DNA of 62,832 nucleotides, counting the filler, from Dugesia japonica (lineage: Eukaryota), in NCBI GenBank assembly GCA_001938525.1. It is 6 parts of 6 records of this genome, joined end to end, with 100 filler letters (N's around TTAATTAATTAA, not from the genome) between each part and the next. Parts side by side here need not be neighbours in the genome. Positions count along the whole stretch, not along the records: positions 23,157 to 32,027 come from MQRL01608347.1; positions 32,128 to 44,110 come from MQRL01608415.1; 4 more parts are not named here. The stretch is one strand, 5' to 3'. The notes below the pieces were generated by a model that was given only the letters and a program-made list of their open reading frames with translations, was not told the origin of the DNA and made no database searches. The stretch's first letter is position 1. Each line of letters begins with the position of its first letter. Positions 25,307 through 38,075 of this stretch are shown piece after piece. Made by a program: the position numbers and the translations under genes.

Positions 25307-25545
25307 AATTATATTTGTATGATTACAAACATGTATGATTGTGAATATACTTGCATTATCGCAAACATATTCGCATGATCGCAAACATATTTTCATGATC
25401 CCAGACATATTTGCATGATTACTAACATATTTGCATAATTGCAATTATATTTGTATGATTACAAACATGTATGATTGTGAATATACTTGCATTATCGCAA
25501 ACATATTTTCATGATCCCAAACATATTTGCATGGTTGCTAAAAAA
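25307..25545. repeat. ~20-bp minisatellite (CAAACATATTTGCATGATCG-like)
   Basis: About 12 degenerate units with a 136-bp higher-order duplication (25307 and 25443). Confidence 0.85.
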
Positions 25546-25614
25546 AAATGTTTGTCAAAATGTTGAATGTTATATTTTAAAGATATTTAGTAAAAATAAA
25601 ATTGGGTTAATCCA

Positions 25615-26011
25615 GGGTTTCCAAAACTATATTCCGCAGAACACCAATGTTCCCGGAAACGGTAATAAGTGTTCCGTGTTAAAAATACAAAAGCAAAACG
25701 TAATAATATCTAAATTAAATGTATATATTTAATATCGCCGTAATTCTATATATTTCAAAACAAAGCAACATTTTTTTCTAGTTTCTAGTCTAGTTGATTA
25801 TTGCCAACAAAACAGTGAATATATTGTTGGCGTAACTGGTTGACTTCTTTCCTTTTTATATTTCAATCGGAATATATAAGTCGAATTAATTATTTACCAC
25901 AGAAAAAATAAGGTGTTCCATTAACACTGGGATGTTATTGGAATGCTTCGAAAAAAGATCAATTCTTCTATAGTGGAATTCCAAAAATTGCCCAAAATTT
26001 AGGGAAATGCT
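25615..26011 (+). mobile_element. Possible non-autonomous hAT element
   Basis: Starts CAGGGTTTCCAAAACT..TTCCGCAGAACAC, has internal GTGTTCC motifs and a degenerate reverse end. Confidence 0.35.
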
Positions 26012-26644
26012 ATTATTAATGATGGAAATTAATTTGTAATAAAAATCTACCTTGAATGTTTTTATTGTCATTGATTTTTTGAATCATAAAAATCGGTAGA
26101 GTCATACTTGTACAACTAATAATTTAATGAAANAATTTTTTTAAACATGAATAATCAACTAAAGGATTAAATATTTTCCAATCAGCATAAGAATAAGCAT
26201 AATATGAATGATTAATTATTAAATTATAAAAAAAATTGTAAACTAAACTTCAAACAGTTTAGATCAGCAATTTTTAAATTAAAAAGCACCATAATTGCTA
26301 ATAAAATAAGATTTTATATAAAGTCTCATTTGTTAATATTTTATAATCGATTCTAAATATCACTCTTAAATCTTAAATTGAAAAGCCATTGTAATTCCAG
26401 AATATTTAGTAAATAAATTTTTGTTCGTCTTAATATTTATGAAAAAATATTGTAAANATTTACAAAATGCATTTTTGTTTTACAATTACAATTATTGCGA
26501 GAATAATTGTTGGACTTAACTATTGATCGTATTTAAAATTTTTTGGAAATTGTACGGTAAAAGGTAAATTGCCAAGTAAAAATAATAAATTATAAAAAAT
26601 AATAATTTATTTCATCAGAAAGTTGGTAATAATAATTTATTAAT

Positions 26645-26990
26645 TATTAAATTAAATAATGCATACTATCCAATTAATAGAATGGAATTTAATGTTTAAA
26701 ATAATGAAATGATATTCCAATATTTAGCATATACAACACTGTATAGTGTTGTAAAAATTTTAATCAAGCTCCTCAATTATCATTAAAGGACTTTGGAACA
26801 TTATATCCTATATTTTGTATGGATGTTTCAGTTCAAGATCATAAATTAAATATAATGTAGATGCAACTTTACATATAACAAAAGATACAGATTTCAAAGG
26901 AATGATTTATTGCGTGATATTAGAAGAAAAGCATATTGAAATGAGAATAGAAAGTGGTAAAATCGCTTTGATAGAAAATTTCAGAGGTCA
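26645..26990 (+). pseudogene. Polinton major capsid protein C-terminal fragment
   Basis: LNNAYYPIN..PQLSLKDFG.LYPIFCMD..LHITK..YCVILEEKHIE aligns by eye with LNNNYYPIN..PQLSLQEFG.KYPIFCFD..LHITK..YWCILEEKHVE in ORF 39800. Confidence 0.88.
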
Positions 26991-27064
26991 AAATGTGGCA
27001 CTCCTTGTGCCAATCTTTGATTGTCTAGAGCGAATATCGCCTACCAAGGGTGGTCTAAGGGTGA

Positions 27065-28900
27065 TAGAAGAATACATCTATTTGTAAATATTTCATTGTA
27101 TAATCATACATATATTCATAATTCAATATTCTACAATTTTCATTTGCTTGTAAAAAATCTGGTTCAGATAAATGTTTACTATTTAACATACTATAAAAAT
27201 AAAAAAATTTTCTCTCATCATTGCATTAATTCTTTCAAATGTTTCTTCCATCTTCCGGCAAATATATTCATAAGGATATACTCTTTCATTGGTTTCCCTG
27301 TTGGTAATAAATTATATTTCGGTAATATTTAGGATGGGTCTGTTTCTAATATATTATCTAACTGTTCCAATGAATTGGGGAGTAATCTAACATCCTAATA
27401 CATCAAATTTGAGCTGATATATACTCTTCATCAGTTTTTGCTAAATATTTCTTAAGTAACGTTCCCCTATTAAAATAGTTTTATGAAAAACATGAACATC
27501 ATACTTACTTCCATTGTGAAAGTATAATGGAACACAACTATTTTTTTGCTTACAAGTCACATTCATTATATGATCATCCTCTAAATTTCTCCGAGTAATG
27601 AACATGATCCCTTACTAACATTTAATTGTGAAATTATTGCTTACAATAATAACATGGTGCAATTTCTTTTGTTAATGATGAAACTAGTTCTAATACAAAT
27701 GGATTGTTTATTTGAAGAACTTCTGATAAACTACTTTCTAACTTAACAAGTAGTTCCACAAATTTCTTAGCTGAATCTTCACTATAATATTTTAAGTATT
27801 CAAATTTAATTAAATTTTTTATAATTGCTTTTAATAAAACAATCCGAAACAATGGTTTTTGTAAGCATTCAGTTTGTTTTGAAACTCTTTGGGAGCCTCG
27901 ATATCTGCAAATAAAACTACAAGTATTTTATTTTTTGTCAAATTAAATTTATTNNNNNNNNNNNNNNNNNNNNNNNNNNNNNNNNNNNNNNNNNNNNNNN
28001 NNNAAACTGTAAATAATAATCTTTACGAAACATAGTTTTAAATGGACCATTTTTTATACATAATGATCAATGCTTATATAATATATATTGAGAACTTTTT
28101 GAAATCAAACAATTTAATACTAGATTTACTGATTGATTCAATTTGCTATGTAAATATATAGCAAATTCAGTCAAACTGGCTCAGTCCGTAAATTCTAGTG
28201 TAAAACATGGTAGTGCCTTATTTTTACTTTTATTTACAAAAGTACTTACATTAGTGAACAATACATAATGAGTTTCACTTGTGTTTTCGTCATCATAATA
28301 AAATATATTCGTATAATGTATTCCATCATGTTCAATAACTTTCCAATGAAAATTTTCTCTTATAATTGGTTTAATTGTTTTAAACTTTCATTTAAAATAA
28401 AAGCTTTGATCAAAATTTNNNNNNNNNNNNNNNNNNNNNNNNNNNNNNNNNNNNNNNNNNNNNNNNNNNNNNNNNNNNNNNNNNNNNNNNNNNNNNNNNN
28501 NNNNNNNNNNNNNNNNNNNNNNNNNNNNNNNNNNNNNNNNNNNNNNNNNNNNNNNNNNNNNNNNNNNATAATTAATTGAATTATTATTTAATAAATTTTC
28601 TATAAATATTTTTAATTCTTTATTAGAAGTTATTTTAACAGATTTCAATAAACACCAGAAGAAACATTTATTATCCACATTTTCTGGATTAATAATTGAC
28701 TTATTACAAAAGGATAATTTTAAAAAAGACCCAACTACTGAAAAAATATATTCACAAACAAACATTGAAATTTGATNNNNNNNNNNNNNNNNNNNNNNNN
28801 NNNNNNNNNNNNNNNNNNCTCTCATTCTTTCATCTAATAAATTCTAAAATTTTTCTAATAATTTATCTACATTCCTATTCTCATTTTGTAATTTTGAAAA
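27065..28900 (-). pseudogene. Second pPolB copy, N-terminal/exonuclease half
   Basis: GSFLKL..IINPENVDNKCFFWCLL; CYYCK..VRDHVH (EndoVII-like); VPLYFHNGSKYD; YPYEY; YLQIDV. Confidence 0.85.
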
Positions 28901-28974
28901 TTGTAATTTTTATATTCATTTTCTAATAAATAATAAACATTTTTTCATGAAATAAGTGAATATTTAATTGTCAA

Positions 28975-29430
28975 TGAGACATAGATCCTCCATGGGGGTA
29001 AATATTTATATCAATATCAAACAAAGAAAAGCGTGGGTGAATAAAGGCAAACAAACCCCCATATCGCATGAGACTAGATTTGAATCCAAAGAAACGAATG
29101 CTTTGTGTTTGATGGGATGTTGAACATCTGGTTTATAAAGAAATTTTCCCCAAAAACGAGATGCTCAATACCAACAAATATTGTCCGAAGTTGGAAAGAT
29201 TACATGCACTAATCAAGACAAAACGCTTTTATATCATGATAATGCACNTTTAAACTGTTCAACGTAAGCAAAGAAAATTTTGGAGGACTTGAAATTGGAA
29301 GTTCTGGATCATCTACCATATTTACCTAGAATAGCAGTATACGATTTTTATCTTTTTTAAAGTCCATATAATAATTTGCAAGAAATCGGAATAGATGACG
29401 AAGAAGAATTGGGAAATTTGCAAATAACTG
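28975..29430 (+). mobile_element. Mariner catalytic-domain remnant
   Basis: KKRMLCV*WD, YHDNA, EVLDHLPYLPRIAVYDFYLF. Confidence 0.85.
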
Positions 29431-29849
29431 GTTTTAGGTTTTCGACCAATTTTTCTAAACCCGAGTTTAACTATTTTAAAGAAGCTATTACTTAATCAAA
29501 CTGTGATATTTGATTGTTTTCAGGAAATGCGGGAAAATTAATTAACTTACAAAAAGACTATTGTTTAAAATCAACTATTAGCATCTTAAAATATTTATAA
29601 AGTTGCAAATGGGTTAAAGATATAATTTTTTGCAAACGTTTTTGACTTAAAGCTGGACGATAATTACTCCTTTATATAAATTTTAAAACAATAAGGGTTA
29701 TTCCTTAAAAAACACATTTTGAACTATAACCTAATTTTTGTCGTCATAGACTACACAAATATAGCTAAAATTATGCAACAATAGAATATATGACAAAACG
29801 CATAAAAAAATTTTTATATAACACAAAAACAGTTTATTTAAAAGTTCCA

Positions 29850-30226
29850 TATCACCACTATTGCACTGCTTCTAAGATTATTTGAAAACAAGTTTTTTTT
29901 ACAGAAAGAGCTCTTTCTTTCTTCGTGGAAGTTTGGCGTATTGTTTTTAATGATCTATATAACGTATCAAAATCCCGGTTTACAAAATCTCTTAAAAACC
30001 CGTGAAAAAAATTCTAACTGGTTTGCGAATTAAGAGAAAAACGTTTTAAGGATTTCTAAAAATGATCATAACGCTTGGCACAAACAAGTAATCGAAAATT
30101 GAGGAGAATACATTACCGATTAAAGCTTATGTTTATCTAATATTTTAAATTTGGAAAGATTGTAAATATTATTGTGAATCTCATCACTTGTCAAAGTAAC
30201 CGCACGAATTTATTTGATAACCTAAA
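29850..30226 (-). mobile_element. Possible mariner 5' end remnant
   Basis: Minus-strand TIR-like TTAGGTTATCAAATAAATTCGTGCGG and a weak RF..xDFD motif. Confidence 0.4.
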
Positions 30227-31545
30227 TGCCTGTCAAATTTACTATAATTTTTTAAATACCTCTATAAATCGATGAAATTTTATCCATAAAAGAATACAGA
30301 ATGTATGTAAGAAACTATTCAAACATTGTTTTAACAAAAATTTCAAATCATTTAACATTAATATAATTAAAAATATCATAATAACAAAATCCCTTGAGTA
30401 ATTAGTCGTAAAATTTCCCAGATATTATTAACCAATTGAAGTATGAAGTAAATGTTCAAATGACTAGATAAAATTAAAACTATTTCAGATATTTATCAGA
30501 CAATCATTTGAAATGTGAATTATAGTCAAATTGTCGATATCTGATGGCAATAAAAAACCGATGTCAGTCAAATATCGAAAATATGCCTAATGCTGATTTT
30601 TAAATTAAAAGAAAATGCTGCAAATGTTTATATATAAAACTAGTTAATTACGAGTTCACATATAAATTTGACTTATTTATCATTGATTGAATTTCAATGA
30701 GAAAAATTAAAAAAATTAATAAAATTTCATCAAGAATAATAATAAAAAAATTTATTTCGTTTTTAAAAGTATTTTTTTCCGATTGTTTTATAAAAATTAC
30801 TTTTAAAAGGAATTTTTATTTCAAACTACAATCGACCTTCGTATAATGCGGGAGTTAGGTTTTTCAGAACTTGTGTGTCATGTAAATCGCGTTATGCGAG
30901 ACATATAATGTGAAAAACTATATTTGTTTAATATACGTATTCTTTATTTTTAAGGAATTATTCCTTACCTTATTTTATGAATAATTATATATTAACACTA
31001 TTTTCTAGGTCGTCCGTGTAAATGTAACCCAAACACTAGCATAAAATATTACCATAAGTCATAAGAAGAAACTTCAGTGTATAAATTTCGTTAATTCCAC
31101 AGTTAAAAAACCGTGTTATAACAGTCACGTGAAGTTGAGCATAATGTTGATCAATGGTGATTTTTCTTTTTCAATAATTTTTACATAATTTTTTATTTAT
31201 AGATGTTAGACGCGTCAAAGACATTCGCTGTAGAATTCAAAAGACCGATATAAATCCACAATTGATTCCAAACAAAGAATTTGTTTTAAAAATTTTACTT
31301 ATTTTAAAAAAATAAATATTTAATATGGAGCATAAAATTCGAATAATTTATTTTTCAAAAAAATACCACATTAAATTTAGATATTTAAAATTTCCTATTT
31401 CTTCAAATTTTCATTATTTATAGTCAATATAAGTTTTTAAAAAAATATTAACAATTAAATTACACAAATATCTAAAATATAATTTCACTATAAACTTAAT
31501 TTTGAAATTAATCTATTTTTAAAAATATTACATAAAAAATAAATA

Positions 31546-31759
31546 CAGTGCAGTCCCGTTAACCCACGGTCAATGGGGTCCATGATCTGCCCCTCGGGTT
31601 AAGTGAAGCGCGAGTTATATTTGTCTTCTTCACAGATATGAGTGTTGATAGATTGTTTATATATTGTTACTATGCTGATTATTGCTATGTATGTATAAAT
31701 TCGGGAGCCAAGGCAGAACTACGGGTTAAGCAGAACCGTGGGTTAACGGGACTGCAGTG
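31546..31759. mobile_element. Intact 214-bp Tc1/pogo-type MITE
   Basis: 24-bp TIRs CAGTGCAGTCCCGTTAACCCACGG / CCGTGGGTTAACGGGACTGCAGTG (one mismatch), with TA on both sides. Confidence 0.92.
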
Positions 31760-32360
31760 TATTAGAAATCTTTAAAAATCGAAATCGATATCTTAAAAAA
31801 ATTTAAAACTCTAATTTTTCTTTAAAGTAGAAATTTATCTGATATTAGTTATTAGTTATCTGATATGTAGATGAAATAAATAAAAATAAGTACGTGCACG
31901 AATTCAAGTTATTGTCACTCATACAACAGTTAAATTGTCAAATAAATAATGGATTTCTCAAAAATGATTGATCTATTAAATTTCATTTGAAGCCCGCAAC
32001 TGTTTTATGAAGAGTACAGTTGTCATGNNNNNNNNNNNNNNNNNNNNNNNNNNNNNNNNNNNNNNNNNNNNTTAATTAATTAANNNNNNNNNNNNNNNNN
32101 NNNNNNNNNNNNNNNNNNNNNNNNNNNAAACACACACAAATTTTAAAATTTAAAAATACACACACACCACTAGGATCAAAAAAACTGATCCGATCAAAAA
32201 ATTTTTGATCTCAAAAATCTTAGAAAAAAAAATAACCACAAAATCATAGCACAAAAATCATAGCACAATCGTAATGTGTTTCCGAGCCCCCCGGGGGGGT
32301 GGTCCCGCGATAACTGCTTAAAAAAATGTGCCGATGCGCTACTATCCCCCTACTTACGTA

Positions 32361-32678
32361 ATGTTACAAAATCTATTCGGAAATTAAAAAGGCTGAAATA
32401 TTTATGCAAAAAGTTATTCTTACCAAGGACAATGAGATGACAACTGTAATTGATACTGGAATGCCTCGAGATTATTAACTGTTTAAGATGAATTTATTAC
32501 TAAAGTCAATTATTTCAATTATGTTACAAAACCTATTCGGAAATTAAAAAGGCTGAAATATTTATGCAAAAAGTTATTCTTACCAAGGACAATGAGATGA
32601 CAACTGTAATTGATCCTGGAATGCCTCGAGATTATTAACTGTTTAAGATGATTTTATTACTAAAGTCAATTATTTTTA
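32361..32678. repeat. 160-bp near-perfect tandem duplication
   Basis: ATGTTACAAAA..GTCAATTATTT at 32361 and 32521 with only a few substitutions. Confidence 0.9.
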
Positions 32679-33039
32679 TGCATTCCTAGTAAACTTTGTA
32701 ACTATTATTACGGTTATTATTATAATTTAGTAACCGGTTCAACTTAAAAGATGCCCATTTATTATGAAAATATTGAAAATTAGTTTAGAGGACAACACAA
32801 TATTCAACAATAAAGAAACTTTCAAATGTTAATTCAAAATGGGTCAAGATATGAACACTCTGTCTGTTTGTATTTAAATAAACATTATGATATTTAAATA
32901 AAGTCTTCTGTTTTTTAATATATTGCTAAAGGCTTCGAAAGAGTCAAAAAGAAAATAGTTACAGTTATTATTATTATTTTTTTCCAACATTTGTTATAGA
33001 TAATTTGCTAGAGATTATTGTGAATATTGTTTGGTGGTA

Positions 33040-33215
33040 ATTTTAATATAGGTAAAAAGAAAAAAACTAGAATTACAACGTCATAAAATTTCATTGGTTT
33101 TACTTATAAATACTAAGAAAAGGAAGTTAAAGAGAAATATAATATATAAATAAGCTGGTGGATTCCTTGCTGCATTATCACCAATCGCATTAGCAGCATT
33201 AAGACTAGTAAATGT
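33040..33215 (+). pseudogene. Small basic Polinton protein with GGFL + amphipathic tail
   Basis: KKKLELQRHKISLVLLINTKKRKLKRNIIYK*AGGFLAALSPIALAAL, immediately upstream of the integrase. Confidence 0.65.
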
Positions 33216-33224
33216 TACTTAAAC

Positions 33225-34315
33225 AATGGGTAAATTTGAATCTGTGTCACATATTTATCTCAAACCTATATGGAATTGCTGTAATAGACAAAACCAAATC
33301 AATATGGACAGACCTGAAAAGTCCAACAGGGTTCAAAGGAGTGGAGAAACTATGGAAAGCAACACAATTCAAAAAGTGAGATGAAAAAGTGGTTATTGAA
33401 CCAGTCACCATACAGTCTAAACAAGCCAATGTTGAAAGGATTCCCAACAAGACCTTATGAAACTTTTGGTATTGATGATTTATGGCAAATGGATTTGATG
33501 GAAATGATACATTATTCGATATTTAATAAAGGATACAAGTATATTTTGACATGTGTTGATTTATTTAGTAGATTTGCAATAATTGTACCGATAAAATCAA
33601 AATTTGCTAATAAAATAGAAGCTTCAATCAAAAAAACTTTTATAAACGGGCTTCTAGATAATTTGCAAACTGATTTGGGAAAAGAATTTTATAATTCAAA
33701 AGTCAAGAATATTATTAATCATCTCAAGATTAATCATTATTCTGTATTTTCACAATACAAAGCAGCATAATTTGAAAGATTTAATCGAACATTGAGAGAT
33801 GCATTGAAAAAATACTTTGTACTTACTGGTAATGAAATCTGGATACATGTATTACCGAATGTATTCAATAGTTATAATCATACAAGTCATAAGGGATCTA
33901 ATGTAGACCCGTTGATGTATCATCTGATAATTTAATGAAATTATGGCTTTTGAAACAACAATCAAAAGCAATCAAGAAATCAAAATATAAAGTTGATGAT
34001 CAGGATAAAATCTCAAAGATATCAGCTTTACCATTCATAAAGAATTTCGATAGTAATTGGAGTGATTGAGTGTTTTAAATATCAAAAATCAATACCAAAC
34101 CGAACCCAATAATTTATTTGATTAAAGATTATGAAGAAAATATCATTGTTTGGAACTTCTATGAACAAGAAATATAAGTTATTCCACAATCAACAGTATT
34201 TAAAATAGAAAAGATTATCAGATCGAAAAGAATAGGGAAATATAAACAATTATATGTAAAATTGCGTGCATATGAAAAGCCAAGTCGGATATCAGCCTTT
34301 CAAGTTGTAAATTAA
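33225..34315 (+). pseudogene. Polinton c-integrase with C-terminal chromodomain (lineage A)
   Basis: SPTGFKGVEKLWKA, KWL..Q..YSLNKP, WQMDL, YILTCVDLFSR, LQTDLGKEF, ERFNRTL, FYEQE, then FKIEKII..YVK chromodomain-like tail. Confidence 0.93.
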
Positions 34316-34342
34316 ACAAAGAAAAAAAGAAAAATAAACAAA

Positions 34343-34659
34343 ACGAATAATTTCAATACACTATTACCGAGTAATAGTTGTCTACTTATTCATCTTGATT
34401 ATAATGCTAGTAATTTGATTGTTAAGCTTTAAAATCCAATTTATATGGATGGTCAATGGGAAGTAGCCTTGATGGATTTCACTTTTATGTACTTGATTTT
34501 TCTTTTTAATATCAAATCCCATATTAAATACGTAAAGATTAATAGAAGGAAATAATTGTTACAATTGATAATAAAGAAAAAAGATTGAGTACCAGTGATA
34601 ATAATGTTATTCAAATATATGAAAAAGAATACTTGTATATTAGATTGTTACATCATGAT
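34343..34659 (+). pseudogene. Polinton minor capsid (penton-like) N-terminus, interrupted by Gypsy element 2
   Basis: NFNTLLPSNSC..NASNLIVKL*NPIYMDGQWEVALMDF (LPSNS..G.WEV.L signature). Confidence 0.75.
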
Positions 34660-37600
34660 TGTGAGAATGATATTTTAATTGTTTAATTTCAAATTTATAT
34701 GCGCAGTTAAAATATTTATAAAATCTTTGAAATTTAAAATATTTCAAGAAAATAATTAAAATAATTATTGCGCATATTTGTTGAATATTAAAACTTTTCT
34801 AATTAGTTTTTTATTTGATAGCAACTTAGTCTTAAATAAATGTTTGATGAGGGTAGCGTTTTTTTGCTAATATGGCAACCCGTCATGCTCAAACTTAGTT
34901 ACGCTGAGACCTTTCAAGTTAGGCGACAATCTAAACTGATTCTTGAGGGACGTTGGTCGATTCTTTAAAGTGGCCAAAATTCCCAAAGATTTCCAAGAAA
35001 TTGTAATGGGTAAAATGATTGACCCGAAGCTTGAAGAAAGATATGAAGCATCAGAGAACAAAGTCAAGGGGTATGTAGCTAGGCTATGACTACTGGTGGA
35101 AAGACCAAGAAACGTTTTTGAAGACCTAGAAGAATTCATTAGTTACAGGCAGAGTGATACCAATAAGGAGGTATTTTTTAATCACGTAGAAAAACTGGCA
35201 GATAAACTGCATAGCCATAATCTGTCAAAAGAGTCGTTAATATCAGCACTCCTGGTAAACGCAACGGCACAGAAAAAGGCATAGAAAGATATTCTGATGA
35301 AAAAGGTTTCCGAACCGGAAGAAATAAAGGAAATTATCGGAGACATTTTAAGAATTTCCAAAATGACAGAAGGAATAACCGTGATGCGTAGCTACAAGGA
35401 GGCATTAGACACGGAACCAAAATGAACGATACTAAGGATGCAGGAATCAACCTTCAAAGGGTCAAATACCAGAAAGAAGTTCAGAACAGAGAAAGTAGAA
35501 TGTTGGAACTGTCACAAATTGGGACACATAAGTCGGGAGTGCCCAGAGAGAAAGTCTCCTACATGCTATGCATGTGAAAATGTAGGGCATATAAGAAGAC
35601 AGTTGAACAAGATAAAGTGCGGAAAGTGCAACAAATACGGTCATAAAACCAAAGACTGTTTCACAAAGATGGAGTACAAGAGATGGAACAAATATCCTTC
35701 AAATTATAAGAGAAATGAGGTAAAAAAGCTCCCATATCCGGGTAGACATGTTAACATCAATGCAGGGGAAGATGACGAGACAAGTAACAAGGAATATGAG
35801 GACGACAGATATAAAGACGTTAGATATGGTAACAACAGATATGACGCAAACATATATGAATCAAGGAGAAACAAAAACGGAGAAGCTCCGCTAACAGGGG
35901 AGATAGTAGAAGCTGTAGAACTCAAANTCTAATGGGTGACCCCCAAAATATCGATAGTTATAGTAAAAGTAGTCATATCAATAATATAGAGGATTATGTC
36001 AAAGAACAAGTTTATAATTTTTTAAAGAAAGAGATATCAGTAATCAAGGGAGAAACATCAGCGGAACAAACTATCGCAACAGTGGAAGAATGGGGTAAAG
36101 GTGTGTTTAGATATGATAAAATGCAGGGTGGACCGAGTATTTCGATAAAGATCCAAAACATGGAGTTTGAATGCTTACTAGATACCGTAGTAAGAATTAA
36201 TGTGATGGATTTGGATTTATTTAACAAATTCAAGGATGTCTCGTTATTAACAACCAAGGACAGACTACGGTGCGCTAACGACAGTTCATTAAGCACCAAA
36301 GGAAGATTTGAGGTGGAAGTGAGGATCGGCAATTTGATTAGATGGATTAATTTCATAGTTGTAGAAAAGTTAATCCCTAGCATAATTGGTGGCATTGAAT
36401 TGCAGACCAGTTTTGGATCAGAACTACATTGAATAGATACAACAGAAAGAGATAATCAAGATCGGATTTGCAATATCGAGCCGCATTTTGGAAGGATTAT
36501 TACAGATGAANNNNNNNNNNNNNNNNNNNNNNNNNNNNNNNNNNNNNNNNNNNNNNNNNNATCAAGATCGGATTTGCAATATCGAGCCGCATTTTGGAAG
36601 GATTATTACAGATGAAGAAAGATGCCAAAAAGCTATGAATGAGATAAATACATTTGAAAATGGCACAATCAGGGAGTTGATAAGAAAACATTCTTTATGG
36701 CAGACAAATGGGACATAGGATGCACAAAACTGGTGAAGCATAAAATAGTAACAAAAGGAGGACCTATAAATGTTAAGCCATGGAGAACACTTATGAACCT
36801 TGAGGATAAGATAAACAAAGGGGAACGGAATCTTTTTGAAAATGGAATCATACGAAAGTGCAATTCAACATGGAACACCCCGTTAATATGCATCTGGAAA
36901 AATGAAAAAAAAGATATTCGCCTCTGTCTGGATTTTTGACAGCTGAACGCTATTGTGGAAAGACAAACATTTTCAATGCCAAATGTAGAAGAGATTCTGG
37001 ATAGATTAGGCGGACCAAAATTCTTCAGCTCATTATATTTAGGTAATGCTTACTATCAAGTAGAGCCAGAAGAGGAGTCAAAAGATAAAACAGCTTTTTC
37101 AACAAAGTCAGGTCAATACTGTTTCAATAGAATGCCGTTTGGCATAGTGGCAGCGCCTGGAACATTACAGGAACTCATGACAAAAGTTTTAGGAACAACA
37201 AAAAGAACAACGGTGTATTTAGTCGATATTCTAATATACTCAGAAAACTTGGCAGAGCCTTATAAAACACTGGATGAAGTATTAAGTAAAATACATCAAG
37301 CAGGACTACGTTTGAGCCCGTCAAAATGTCAATTGCTGAGAAAAGATATCAAATTTTTGGGACACATCATAAGTGATAAAGGAGTTCAGACCGATCCAGC
37401 AAAATTAGTGGCAATACAGACATAAGAAAGGCCCAAATGCGTTAAAGGATTGAGAAGTTTCTTGGGGATATGTTGTTATTACAGAAGATTCGTTAAGGAT
37501 TACGCAAAGAAGGTTAGAGAACTAGAAAAACTGTGCAGTGTAAATAAGTTAATATGGACACAGAGTTGCGAACATTCATTCAAAGATATGAAAAAAGCAT

Positions 37601-37760
37601 TGACGAAGCCACCAATTTTAGTGTTTCCAGATGTCAGAAGAGAATTCATACTGGATACGGATGCAAGCTACAATAGAATCGGTGCCATATTATCACAAAT
37701 TAACACCAATGGATAAGAAATGGTGATAGCGTATGGGTCACACTCAATGAATAACCAATG
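34660..37760 (+). mobile_element. Ty3/Gypsy retrotransposon 2: short 5' LTR, gag, protease, RT, start of RNaseH; 3' truncated
   Basis: LTR-like segment TGTGAG.. at 34660-34838; gag from ~34872 with three CCHC knuckles; protease LLDT; RT LCLDF, LGNAYYQ, MPFG; RNaseH LDTDAS..AYGSH. Confidence 0.95.
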
Positions 37761-37873
37761 AATAATTACCATTCCTTAGCACTGCCCACTTATGTATTTC
37801 CTATATATTATGTAAAAAAATTCCATATTTTTTATGAAAAATATCTAATTTAGATAAAAAATAGAAAAATAAA

Positions 37874-38045
37874 AAATTCCCTATGAAAAATTTCCTATGA
37901 AAAATTTCCTATGAAAAATTCCCTATGAAAAATTTCCTATGAAAAATTCGCTAAGAAAAATTTCCAATGAATAATTTCCTAGGAAAAATTTCCTATGGAA
38001 AATTTCCTATGAAAAATCGCGCATAAAAACTTTCGACATAAAAAA
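37874..38045. repeat. 15-bp tandem array (AAATTTCCTATGAAA)
   Basis: About 10 near-identical units directly upstream of the first viral ORF. Confidence 0.92.
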
Positions 38046-38075
38046 TTTTTTTTTACTGAATTATTTCTTTAGAAA

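Noticed and set aside
9540-29130. Alternative genetic code (TGA = Trp), suggested by V*W in two mariners
   Set aside because: TGG is used for Trp throughout, TGA also replaces Arg, and TAA/TAG stops and frameshifts are equally common. Ordinary decay explains it.
36455-36616. 56-bp direct repeat in Gypsy pol
   Set aside because: Identical sequence on both sides of an N gap; an unmerged contig overlap.
37874-38045. CRISPR array
   Set aside because: Head-to-tail repeats with no unique spacers.
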